DNA from: Dudresnaya verticillata
Taxonomy: Eukaryota
Assembly: GCA_977862235.1 (NCBI GenBank)
Contig: OZ374564.1
Location: forward strand, 1,240,001-1,304,000
Direction: 5' to 3'
Length of the DNA stretch: 64,000 nucleotides
Position numbers and translations under genes: made by a program. The stretch's first letter is position 1, and every line of letters begins with the position of its first letter. The notes under the pieces were generated by a model. The model was not told the DNA's origin and searched no databases. It saw only the letters and a list, made by a program, of their open reading frames with translations. Shown here in pieces: positions 44,009-55,481 of this stretch.

Positions 44009-46345
44009 CTACTGGTAACGGGAACGTTTCCCAACCGACTCCTCGAAGTCGCCCGAACGAGAAGACGCAAGGAGACGGGGTTGGAAAGGAGACGCCCTAC
44101 GAGTCTCAGCAGGCGTGGTAGCTCCAGGAGTCGCTTCGGGCAGCGCCGCTCGGCTCCCTACCTCCACGGGAGTAGCCATACTGGTAGTAACCCCGGTAGG
44201 AAGAGGCTGCGTCACCTGATAGGTAGAGGAGCCAGCTGGAGTCTCCTTAGGCGGCCCCCCCACAACCATCTTGGTAATATCCGACGGAGCAGCGGATTGC
44301 CGTTCAGCTCCCTGAACGGGCCCCGGCGACGCCAGAGCCAAAGGGTCACCCGGTTGATAGTTCACCACTTGGGTTAGCGAATCGGTCGCGCCACGAGCGG
44401 AAGTCTTCGGCTGAATATCGCTCTTGCGTAAGACCTCCCGGGTGAACTTGGTACAGGAGGTGACGAAACTCGTGGAGTTCTGCGGCATCGCCGCCGCCAT
44501 GCTCGCAAGAGACGCCCGGACGTTGGCCACTTCGGTTCCCAAACGGTCCATCGTTGCCATATGGTTACCCAGTTGGTTCACTTCGAAGTTCCCCATCTGG
44601 GCCACCTCCCGGAGTAACCAAGTCAGGAGGGCCTCCTTCGACACCCACTCCCGAGCGGCATCCAGAGCCTCCTCTACAGTTGCCGGTACCGGAACCTTTG
44701 CAGCGCGACACGCCTCTTGAAGTCGACCAAATTTAAGGTGACCAGAGGTAGAAAGGGTCGTTCCAGCTGGGACCGTCGCTGCACAAGAGGGACCACTCGG
44801 TGAAGCCAATGGGTTAACTTGTCAAGCCGCTGCTTCGCGAGTGACCATCGGGGGTATGCCAGTGGAGGGTGCCCGTGCGGGTGTCGCCGGACGCGCCTCA
44901 CGCATTTGCGTTACTGTCCCCGGTGCCGCTCGTGGCTTTGGAGTCCCCGGACGCGCCCCCAGACCCAGGCGCGCAGTCCTCGCTGGAGTCACTGGCCCTG
45001 ACGCTGCTCGCGCCCGGTCGGGGTAACCACTGTAGGTGGGTGCCTCATCGTCGTCGACCACTTGGTTTCTCTCCGAGTTCGGCCCCATGTGACCCCAGCC
45101 ACGACCCATATTCCCTGCCTCCCCAAAGGAGTAGAGAGGCGGACCAGGACGGTTGTCAACGATATGTCGCCTACCAAATCGGCCAACCGCTTCGGCAACC
45201 TCAGGGTCATACGCAACCCAGACCTCGCCGGCGGCCCACTTGAAGGTCTCCGATGCGGTTAGTAGTCCCGCCAAGTCGTCACCCGCAAAGGTACTACCCC
45301 CACAAATGAGGTCAACCCCGAGGGTGCGAATGGCCTCGATGAGTGTCTTGGACAAGCGGAAGAGACGACCATCCGGTAGACCATCTTGGGTATGATAACC
45401 AGCTTCGGTATAGGGCGTCGCGTCCCACATGCCAAAGTAGGCTGCCTGAAGAAAGGCCAGTGCTACGTGGAGTACCTGCTCGGTTTTGGAGATTGACCAC
45501 ACCGGGTAATACCACTTCGCCGCAGATTCACGCGCATGGGCGCTGAAGTACACCAAAACTCCTGGAGTTAACGACGGCAAGGAGCGCGGACCTTCGATGG
45601 CGTGCCACCAGCTGGGTTTCTTCACATAGTAATCACGACGCCGACCCATGGGGATATTCCACATTTCGACGTTGTGAAACCCCGCTAGGAGAGCATCGGT
45701 ACGGTTGCGGATGCGCGTCTCCGTCCAGATGTCCACTGCCCACCGCTCGGTCAACCACCACAGGTCGGGAAAAGGCTTCGACTCCAGGAGTGACTCAGGA
45801 AGTAACTTGATCTCGTTCACCCACTGGTTACCCTCAAGGAAGCGGTAGAGAGAGGGGACGTAGTCTTCTTCGAACCCGACACGCAGCCACTTGAGGTCAC
45901 TACCATAATGGTTCGGAACGAGGACGCTTGGCGGACAGTGACGCAGACGCGCAACCCACTGGTTCTCGCGCTTACCCTCGGGGATCGCCCGGAAGCGGTA
46001 GGTGTCCGGATGGGTGTCCACGAGGTAACCTTGGAGTGGGAACTGCTCCAGCACCTCCTGGTTGGAAAACGCCGACAAACCGCCGTGGCCACCCATGGGG
46101 GAAGACTGGGCCATCGCGGCGTAGTAACCTCCGCGGCTTACGCAAGGCGTGACTGGAAAGACCACGTCGGGGTTGGAGAAACGACGGCGACGGGGTGGTG
46201 AACGGCGTGGTGTTGGTTGTGGTTGACGTGGGACCATGTTGGAAAACCCTTTGAGGTGATGCTGCTGCGGAAGAGAAGTACTGCTGCACGCGGGATCGAT
46301 TGTCGGCCGACGACGGTCATGGGCGTCGAACCGTCTGGATACCAA
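44009..46345 (-). CDS. Antisense accessory ORF, unit 5 (internal TGA 44824-44822)
   Basis: Copy of 6545-8881. Confidence 0.8.
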
Positions 46346-46609
46346 ACGGTTATGATTTCGCGCGAAACGCGTGCAGGCTGCCCTGGCGTCCCGAGGACGG
46401 GCCGCAATCTCGGGGGGAGCTCTGTAATACAGTGAAGGGCTTACAGAAGTGGGCCCTCTGCCCGCGTGTATGCGCGAAAATAGCGTTACCTATAGGGCGC
46501 CAGCAGGGACAAGATGGGTAGCCTATGATTGGTCCAAGTGTCACCCTGCAGGTCAGTAGCTTAGTATCTGTCTATTTATTTTAGAAATTATAGCTTAGGA
46601 TAGGGGGCG

Positions 46610-46627
46610 TGTATATAGCCCAGTATG
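46610..46627 (+). repeat. Truncated terminal LTR (first 18 bp only)
   Basis: TGTATATAGCCCAGTATG followed by unrelated sequence. Confidence 0.85.
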
Positions 46628-46750
46628 GGTTGGCTTCAGTGCAAGTGCGCTTAGTGTGCGTTGCCTGTGTGTCCGCGTCCAAGGTGGGTGTGCGTTCATT
46701 ATTCCACATAACTGCATGGGGCACTGTAACGCCCTGCAATATTAGCGCAT

Positions 46751-46886
46751 CCTTCCGCTCCGCGAGCGAAGGAGAGAGCGTACTAGAACCTATCTGGTCT
46801 AGTCGTCTGTGAGCCGTTGGAGTAGCCCAGCACAGGGTGAAAGGTCGCAGGTTCGAGTCTCCGAGCGGGAGGCTCGAGCTCTTTTT
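46751..46886 (+). ncRNA. Candidate structured Pol III-type RNA or tRNA-derived sequence (not a canonical tRNA)
   Basis: 10-bp closing stem CCTTCCGCTC/GAGCGGGAGG, inner hairpins ACTAG/CTAGT and CTGTG/CACAG, B box GGTTCGAGTC at 46850-46859, T5 at 46882-46886; the T-stem does not pair. Confidence 0.3.
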
Positions 46887-47568
46887 CCTGACGCGACGCT
46901 GCGACTCCGAAACTCGCTACAAATGCAACGTTATCTCTTTTTCTTTTGATTTTAGTTTGATCGTTCTGATGCGGTCGCCCAGGATGGTGTCTATGATATT
47001 TCTGAAGCTGGTAACACTGTGTCTTGGTGACGGTGCTTTCATAAATGCTGTCATGTCTTTTCTGGTAGTTGGCCGCTGCTGCATTTTGTCACATTTGGCG
47101 TATTTTGTTTTAGAGACCCAGTGGAGTCCGCCAATCGCCACGTCCTCCTTACACTGTGAGACAAGAGCCAACCAGCATCGGCCACGTCCTACACGCGTCT
47201 CATCGTCTCAAAAAAAACCCATCACGGGCTGCGCAGGACAGGTGCATGACTGACTGTCCACGGACTGGCTGAAAGAACAGCAAGCAGTACAGTGCGGTTG
47301 CCGCCTCTGTCGCCGCTGTCCGTCTACTGCCGGTGTAACACTGCCACACACGGTAGGCTCCCCCTCCCTGCAAGCGTCCCGCTTCCAAGCATACATTCCT
47401 TTCCTCATTGCAGGCCCTCTCCCTCAGGGCCCCCGACCAAGTCTGACTCTCCTCACGCGTTGTAGCACCCTCTCTGGTTTGCGCATCCGCAGTGTGAAGA
47501 GAAGCTACCCCGCCGCGCTGCGCAAGGCGCGTCTCGAGCAGGGAGTCAGTTGAACAAAGTCCGAGCGG

Positions 47569-48563
47569 ATGACGCCGGCGCGAAAGGTGGGCACGCCGCA
47601 CATGCGGCGGCGGCGACTGCGGGTAATTCCGTTGGTGCTGGTGTGTACGGTCCTGGCGGTTGGGCTGTGGCTTCGGCATGTGCCATTGACTCGGTCTGGG
47701 GGCATGCAGCCCGAGGTGCAGTCGAGTCGGCAGGGTATGCTGGACTGCAGGATGCCAGAACGACTAGGCGATTCTTATGGCGGATGGTATCTGTGCAAGC
47801 CGGCGCGATTGACAGACCTGGCCGGTGCGCTTGTGTACACGATCGGCGTTGGGCGCAACATTGAGTGGGACCGCGCGATGATTGCGAGGTACGGCACGGT
47901 GCACCACGGGTGGGACCCCACGCCCACCGCGCTGGACTTTACGCAGAAGACGAGCGTGCCGGACGGCTTTGTGTTTCATGCGGTCGGGCTGGCGGCCAAG
48001 GACGGGAATCTGACGCTCAAGCTGCCCACGCAAAACTTTGACAGCTACACTGTGATGGGGAACAAGGACGAGGCGCGCAACGGATCGGTGGTGAGCGTGC
48101 CAGTGTGGACGTTGGAGTCGATGATGCGCAACCAGAACCACTCACGGCTGGCGATTCTCAAGATCGATATCGAAGGCGCCGAGTTTGACGTGATTGACGA
48201 GTGGGTGCAGTCTGGGTACAAGCCGCGCACGGATCAGCTGCTAATCGAGTTTCACGAGCGGTACTTTCAGCACAAACCGCGGTGGCAAGAGCTGGTGCCG
48301 CAAGCGGTGGCCAAGCTGGACCAGCTCGGGTTTATGCAGATCAAACGGACTCAACTGGTAGGTTTTTTTTTTGCTTCATGTTGCATCTTACTACTCTGCG
48401 TTGGCGTTGCATGCGCGTGTTTCGCAGTGAGGCGAGGCGGAACTGAGGCGGTCGCAAAGTTTTCTAACTCGTTATGTGGACGCGTTTTGCTTTGTTTGTT
48501 TTGCTCGTCCATCTCCGTACTGCGCAGGAAATTTCGTTTGCGAATCGAGACTCCATGCAATAG
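47569..48563 (+). CDS. FkbM/METTL24-like SAM-dependent methyltransferase with N-terminal membrane anchor; exons 47569-48357 and 48528-48563
   Basis: Motifs YGGWYLC, VYTIGVG, WDPTP, LKIDIEGAEF, QLLIEFH. Phase-0 intron GTAGGT…CTAAC…GCAG (48358-48527) restores the C-terminus EISFANRDSMQ*. Confidence 0.85.
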
Positions 48564-50566
48564 CGTGCGCGCAGCGCCATCGCTCGCAGGCATGGGATGT
48601 GGTGAAGTGTAAAATGGCGGGACACAGTTTGGGCGCCCCGCGGTATCGGAGCGGGGGTTTGGGAATGTAAAGAACGTGCCGTTTTGTCGGCGTTTGAAGC
48701 GTGTACGTGGGTCATGATGGGCTGCGAAAGCGTCGGTGTGGGATGGTGGGACGCCTTTTCGGTGCGTCCGCGTCGTGCCCGCCTGCGTCTGTGCTTCGCA
48801 TGAGCGCGTTCCGCGCCAGGGGTCAGGACTACGCGGCCGTTTGCCGCGTCGATGTTGGTCCGTGGCGTCTTCGAGAGCAAGCAGCGCGGGCCTGTCGGGT
48901 GCTCGCGCCAGTGCTGCAGAGCGTGCTCGTTGCTGACGGTGACGAGCCACGCTCGTTGGTGCACAGAACGGGAGACTGCATCTTTTTTTTTGGTCACCTT
49001 ACAGCGAGTGGAAAGTGCGAAGATCAAAAAGTATCAAAATATATCGTGAAACTGCATATCTTTTGATCCACTGAGCTGCGTACAGCGTTTTGTGCAAAAT
49101 CAGCTGAATGTCGACACCACGCGCCCCCGACACCGATGAGTCTCGATCGTCACACGGATTGCTTCCTCTCCTGCCCCCGCCGCTTCAAGCTGTCGCAGCG
49201 CCACAAGGCGGCCGGCCTCGCTCACGCGGCGCCTGGAAGTTCCACCACGTGCGCAGAAGCGCGAAAGGTTTTTCTTGCCAGCAGCGGATGCGCGTTTGGC
49301 CGCAGCGGGCTGCTGCGCGGACGTGGCGCGCGGCTGGGCGCTCAAACTGTCGCACTGCGATAAGACGGGCCGCCGTTTGGCAGGCGCTGTCGGTTGCGCG
49401 TGCACGCAAACCCCTCGCGCCGCTGCGAGGCTGCCGGAGCCGGCGTTTCGGGCGCTCGAGCCGGGTGCGCGCTCCCGCTATGAGCCAGTGTATCGAAGTT
49501 ATTGCGCGTTGTATTGGAATGAACGGCAGAGTGTCATTCAACGTTGAGATTACTCAGGCTGGTTGAGCACAAGGTTGCTATCAGGCGGAGGTGGTTTTCT
49601 GTGCAGCAAATGGGGTTGACGTTCCGGCCGCTCAAGCGAGATAGACCCCTCGAGCACAGTATATTTCTACCATGGCAGAAGTGCTCAGCACCGACTCGCG
49701 GCGCAGCGCTTCTTGAGAATGGAATGAGCTCTGTCCATCGAAGATATGAGCTGTTGACATGGTTACCTTTGCCACATTGGAATGCAGACCAAACTTGACG
49801 TGGTTTCACTTAATGACCAACGCACGATCGACAATATGAGCTGTAGTAGGTACTGCTGGCGAGAGTTTGTTTCCCGCAAGGCTCTCCCCATCTCTCCCGG
49901 CAAAGCTCAGCAGCTTCCGACTGTTTCTATTGCTGGCGCAAATAGCAACATGGAATGACTGGAATGTAAGAAAAGAAAGAAGGAGCAGAGAAGCATGGCA
50001 ACTCGTGGACGGCCCGTGAAGGGTAGCACGCCTGCAAAGGAGCTCGCGCGGCAAGTGATATGCACACAGTGCCTGCTGGCCAGTGGTCAATGTGCATTGG
50101 ACATTCTTTGTGCCAGCAGCACTGGCGCAATGCGCATGAAGGAAGGCAAGTCTGCATCAAGGGTGGGCGGGGGCGAGAAAAAGGGGATGTGGTTGCGGGA
50201 GAAAGGGGCAAACGGCGTGCAGCGAAGGCGTGGCCGCGCCTTTCTGGAGCACGAGGAGAAAAGGACCCGCGCAAAGGGCAAATCGCAGCGGCGAGACGCG
50301 GCGAAAGCTTCGCCAGTGCCCAATCAGCGCGCCACATGTGGAGGGCGGCGAGACGTTTGCTCCCGCCCGTGACGCGCGTTATTGCTGCCGCGCTGAGAGG
50401 GCCGCGCGGCGTAGAAACTGCCCCACGCGCTCAAGTGCCGATGTGCTGTACTAAAGCCGGAGGAGCGCAGCCGCCCCTCGAGCAGCCCGCCCCGCCCCAT
50501 CCCCTCCGCGTCACCCACCTCCCGCAGTGCATCAACACCTCAGCCCGCGCCCCACTCCGCACGACA

Positions 50567-50857
50567 ATGGGCGGCTCCCCCGAGTACGCAGTTGGCGACC
50601 ACGTCGAGGCGCTCAAGTCGCACAACGCGCTCAAAAAGTACCGCCGCGCAATGGTCACCGCGGTCAACAAGGATCTGCTCGTCAAGAACACCCACGTGTA
50701 CGCAGAGAAGACCATTGCGCTCTACATCATCATCCGCTTCATCTCGTGCGGTCTCCTCTGCAGTCCCGGCTTTGTATACGACCTGGAGTACGAGGACGGC
50801 CACGTTGAACGACGCGTTAGACCGGAGCTTATCCGAACCCCGCTACCCGCTGCTTAG
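50567..50857 (+). CDS. Small (96 aa) protein with Tudor/Agenet-like pattern
   Basis: ATG at 50567 in ACAATGG context, GC3-rich codons, YAVGDHVEA…AMVTAVN…YDLEYEDGHVERRVRPELIR. Confidence 0.65.
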   Translation: MGGSPEYAVGDHVEALKSHNALKKYRRAMVTAVNKDLLVKNTHVYAEKTIALYIIIRFISCGLLCSPGFVYDLEYEDGHVERRVRPELIRTPLPAA

Positions 50858-51512
50858 CTCGTCGGGAGCGCAGCTGCCACCTTTCGCACTAACCTACAGA
50901 CTGACTTTGTACTAGAATGTAAAACCTGATTTCTAACTTGTTGCGGTGCTTGCCTCTTTGTTCCGCTTTGTCAAGGCCTCAGCTCGTTTAGTGGCCGTCA
51001 ACAGCTGCCCCCTGGCGTTTTACGAGATCCGGTGAGGCCATCCCAGTGCGCCGCGCATGCGTCATGATGCACTCGCCTATCTTTTCTGTTCAACCATCTC
51101 TTCCCCGTTCTTCGCGGCACATTTCCTTTTGGCGTTTCAGCAATTGCGCACCGCACCTTATGCGATCTGCTCGTCCAGCTGATGAGCCTCATTCTCTCAG
51201 CCGCTTTCTGGTCTGCTACCTGCCTCCTATATCAGCCCGTGCAGTCAACCGTCAGAAGCTCGACGCAGCATATATCTGGGCTCCCGAACCTGCTTGTACC
51301 GCAAGCGCATTTGGGACATCAACAAAGTCCCCCTTTCTCTTCATTGACGCATTACAAAAGGAATCGTCCTCGAAACAAAACACAGCATGCGTATCCATCA
51401 CCTACATTGCCTTCTTCTCGAGAAACACTGTCCACGGCCCTCCGCACCTACACCCGAGCACTACACACCCTATCCATGGCCGAGCCCGCCTCTGCCTACC
51501 TGGTCAAGATGT

Positions 51513-51637
<125 letters not shown>

Positions 51638-51849
51638 ACACTCCGCCACCCGCAACCTTTGTGACACGGAGTCCCCCTTCCAAAACCCCTCTTCACATCT
51701 CCACCTACTACTAACTCCTCCTGTCCCCTACACCCCTGCTCCTTGTCTCTTTCCCCTCTTTGGCACACTGTGATGGTGGTGTGCTTGTACATGGACATAT
51801 GTTGCTCGCTGTCAAAGTTAAAACATTGAGTTATATGTACCATCACTTC

Positions 51850-52880
51850 ACTAGCTCTTCCAAATGCCCGAATGCCCGGCACATTTGACATTTTTCGATT
51901 CACATGAGCTGCTCTGCTCCTTCAAACTCTCAGGACAAGCTAATGCGAGAGGCAACTGATACTAGAAGGTTGATGCAAGCACGGATAAGAGAAATGCCCA
52001 CAACTGAATTCCGTCCGAAGAAAGGCAACGGAAAAGGCCGCGTTATCTGTTTGTGCCCCACCGCACCTCCCCTCCCACTCCCTGCCGGTCTCGCTCTTGA
52101 TGCGTGATTGGGATCTGCGCTCTGTCCACGCTTAGAGAAGTTTGCACAACTATTCTGGCTTGTCGCCCTTGAGAGAGCTTTGTCTGTGAGACACGCCAAT
52201 TCTGTCAGTGAAGGACTTGGGTCAGGAGTCCATCTTTTGGAAAAGAATAGGAAACTTTGTAGGGGAGTATTACGGCTCTTACCGGAAGGTGGTGTATTGC
52301 CTTGATTGCGAAAGGGTACAAATGAAGCACCTGCATTCTCTCTCGCAAATGGGATTTGCTCACTCTTCCGACGTAATTGCAGTTGCAGGCGGTTCTTCCT
52401 GTGAGAGAACTTCCTTGACTCCAAAACCGCTGGCTTCTTTCGATCGACAAGTCTTAGAAATGACCGCATTGCGCCCATACCGGCACCCAAAACTTACCTA
52501 CGATGTTGTCCTGCGAATATTGGCTTCTCGAGTTCCCTGAAGCTGTTTGCTGGCTGGCGGTGTTGTAGGAAGTAACGTAGCAAGCTTCTGATTGTGATAA
52601 GAAAGTATGTCAATTACAGACGAGGAAGAGTTCAGTTGGAGGCCTGGTGTCACACCAAGAAAGATTTTTGGAGACAGAGTGTGCCTGGTCACTCTTGCCA
52701 AAGAAGTATATTGCACCGGAACGGGATACCTCGATTGTAAATGCGTAATGCATGCATAAAACTTTTCATGTCGCACCTCGCGTTGAGATACATGGATTGC
52801 GGGGCTAGGCGATATCAAGACGTAATTCAAGTGGAGGGACCCGGATACATCGACCTTGAGCGTAGTGGATAGTAACATCA
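51850..52880 (-). pseudogene. Probable degenerate Mutator-like (MULE) transposase fragment
   Basis: In order on the minus strand: VLIS…REV…FYACITHL (CxxH), SLTGRTACNC (SWIM-like) and KCQMCRAFGH (knuckle-like), broken by stops and frameshifts. Confidence 0.4.
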
Positions 52881-54887
52881 GTGATCAGCTTCTCATTCGT
52901 GGAGACAGGAAGATACTGTTGTCCCTGGCATAATGATGGGACTCCATCTGACTACCGCAAATATGGAACCAGTTGTCCACGAGCGATAGTGTGCAGGAGT
53001 GGGAATGCAACTTGGAGCTTGAGTTAACAGCCTTCGAATGACGGAGACTACTGAAGATTGGAAAGGAAATGCGAGAAGACTGGCCAAAAGAACTGGCTTC
53101 AGTAGTTGTGCTCCTTTTTGTCCAAACCTGCTGTGTAATTATTGAGAGATACAGATCAGTAGCTCCAGGGCTACTACTTCTCCCTTTCGGACATGATGAT
53201 AGTCTGGTATACGGAGGACTGCAACATCAGTTGGAAGAAGGGGTTTGATCAAGGGCTTCAGCGCATTCCCATTTCCTTGGCTGTTCGAAAGGGTACATCT
53301 TGTGAATTTACAATCTCATCTCGTACCGCTGCAGAGCTCATCCTTCTGGCTCTCTTTTGATACTTTTGCAAGGTTTTGCAGTAGCATTCAACCAGTGCAA
53401 GTTACCGGATATTCCTTCTCGTTCTAGATATGCTTAGTCACAGCCCCCTAACCGGAGATCTAGTTTTCCCTTGAATGAATTCCTCTCCCTTTCTTTGCTA
53501 GTTCGTCCCACTCCCGCCAACGTTTAGTAGTGAAAGCTTTCTAGAAAGGCTCCTCGCGAGAGTTTCGAAAATGCCCTTGATATGGGACGGGGACAATAGA
53601 AAGCAAAGCTACGCAATTTGGACTTCGCAGTGGTAATTGCGATCTACGTATCCCATGTTATGTCTCGACTTGCAAAAGGTACATGGGGCCTATGCGCTGT
53701 CCCCACAAGAAGATAAAATGACAAGAAACCAATATCTTCATTCCCTTGAGTTTTCAAGAAGTACACCATAGGAAAAGGCAAAGAAATTCGTACAACTTTG
53801 CTAAGAATGATTAACTAGTTTGAGAGACCTTCCGGAAGTGGTCGCCAAACAAGGGCTCACATTTAGTACGTGCAATTCTTGACGCACTAGTGCCAAACGC
53901 CAGTTATGAATAGACATAGAATCTCCAGCTCTGGAACTCGACAGAATCAGAGAGCAAGGATAGTGACACCTTCCCCTCTAGACCACAGAATACAGATGAA
54001 TGCAGATGTTATCAACAGATCAATGCGAAGAAAAATGCAATCAAAGGAGAAGCATCGCCATGAAGAAACGGACTACTTGTATTCATGAAGCATTGCGCGA
54101 TTTGCAAGGCAGGGATGGCTTGGCGGTGGACAAGGTGACTGACTTCGAGCAGATTTATGCTCTGTTCTAACCACGATGGTTGGCAACCACGCAAATGTCC
54201 GCAACGCCGTTCATCAGAAATGTTCTTACAAAGGCAAGATTAAGGCTACTGGCTCATGCTCTTATGTTTGTTTCGTAGGGATGAGTGAAAGCAATCGCAG
54301 CTCGGCTGGTCTTCCTCCAATACTTCAGATGCCGCAATACGTCAGGGAAGCTTTCAGCTCTCTAGATGTTATCATTATGTTCCGCTCCCAATAGGAACCA
54401 GCACGGTTTTTAGCTGCACCCAGGCGGCTACCGGGTCATCCAGGAGCTTAACATGGCGAGTAATAGTGACATACAAAAAGGATCCCCAAGGGATCACGAC
54501 AACCTCATGTTGGAAGAAATCGATTCTGCGCTGGGCGACAGCTTCTGCTACATCTGCGTGAGCAAATGGAAATAGAATGTCATTCTGACGGTTAGCGGAG
54601 ACCGTGTCGCGGAAAAGAAATTTTTGCTCTATTCGAGAAAAATGTGTTCCTTAAGCTGTACCGTTTCGCAACCGCAAGAAAACGACTCCAAATCGCGCTG
54701 ACCACGAACAAAAAGACGATGTACGAGCACAAGGCCGAACCGAGTCGTGCAGTGTACGACAGACCGCCAACGTCTTGATTTTAGAGGGAAGACGCCGGGC
54801 ATGCAAAGCGTCCGACGAAACCGCTACACTCTTGCCGCTGGACAATACTTAAAGCCGGCAAGTCCGGACAATGTCGCCTCACTCACA

Positions 54888-55265
54888 CTCCCGCCTACCC
54901 TCCCGCCTGCCCTCCCGCCTGCCCCCCCGCCTGCCCTCCCGCCTGCCCTCCCGCCTGCCCTCCCGCCTACCCTCCCGCCTGCACTCCCCCTACCCTCCCG
55001 CCTGCAATCCGGCCTGTCCTCCCGTCTACCCTCCGGCCTACTCTGCGGCCTACCTTCCCGCCTGCACTCCCCCTTACCCTCCCGCCTGCAATCCGGCCTA
55101 CCCTCCCGCCTGCAATCCGGCCTGTCCTCCCGCCTGCCCTCCCGTCTACCCTCCGGCCTACTGTGCGGCCTACCTTCCCGCCTGCCCTCCAGCTTACCTT
55201 CCCGCCTTATTTCCAAGCTGGCCTCTCGCCTACCCTCCCCCCTGCCCTCCCGCCTTCCCTCCCAC
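54888..55265 (+). repeat. C-rich minisatellite, 12-bp unit (CCCTCCCGCCTG/A and variants)
   Basis: Periodic CTCCCGCCT core; translates to 4-aa repeats in several frames. Confidence 0.9.
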
Positions 55266-55481
55266 GAGCCCTCCTCTGTGTTGTCCCACTAGTACCAAAG
55301 GGGTACTACCACTACCACCCCTTTGGACCTCGAAGTACCTCTTGAAGCCGGTTAATACGAACCTTCCTTCCCACCCCCCCTACGTTCTCCGAGACCCTGC
55401 ACGTCTTCATCTTTTCTAATCTCCCTCTCAATACCACGAGGCGTCTGACCATCCCTTCGAGAGTCAGAACATACTGCCATC

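Larger units (their letters stand above)
1..46627 (+). repeat. Tandem array of five 9366-bp Ty3/gypsy retrotransposon units sharing single LTRs; left end outside window
   Basis: Every ORF recurs at offsets 9366, 18732, 28098 and 37464. Position 1 matches 9367. Identity with the unit ends at 46627 (…GCCCAGTATG|GGTTGG versus …GCCCAGTATG|AGGGGT). Confidence 0.98.
37244..46627 (+). mobile_element. Ty3/gypsy retrotransposon, unit 5 (gag nonsense; 3' LTR reduced to 18 bp)
   Basis: Copy at +37464; similarity ends at 46627. Confidence 0.95.

Noticed and set aside
46807..46843. Hammerhead ribozyme or SRP RNA
   Set aside because: CTGTGAG is not the CUGANGA core. The SRP helix 8 motif is not properly formed and the region is too short.
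46811..46875. Functional tRNA gene
   Set aside because: The T-stem around TTCGAGT does not pair and there is no proper anticodon arm; kept only as a tRNA-like candidate.
46610..46921. Alternative 312-bp terminal LTR ending CTACA
   Set aside because: There is no similarity to the LTR beyond 18 bp, and a TACA at this distance is expected by chance.
48358..48612. Hydrophobic Cys-rich C-terminus of the 347-aa methyltransferase ORF
   Set aside because: It is translation through an intron with clear donor, branch point and acceptor.
48620..50500. Many GC-rich overlapping ORFs
   Set aside because: Arg/Ala-rich translations in several frames with no domain signal; consistent with GC-rich intergenic or UTR DNA.
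54747..55419. Pro-rich or extensin-like ORFs
   Set aside because: Open frames on both strands result from a stop-free 12-bp repeat; no independent coding evidence.
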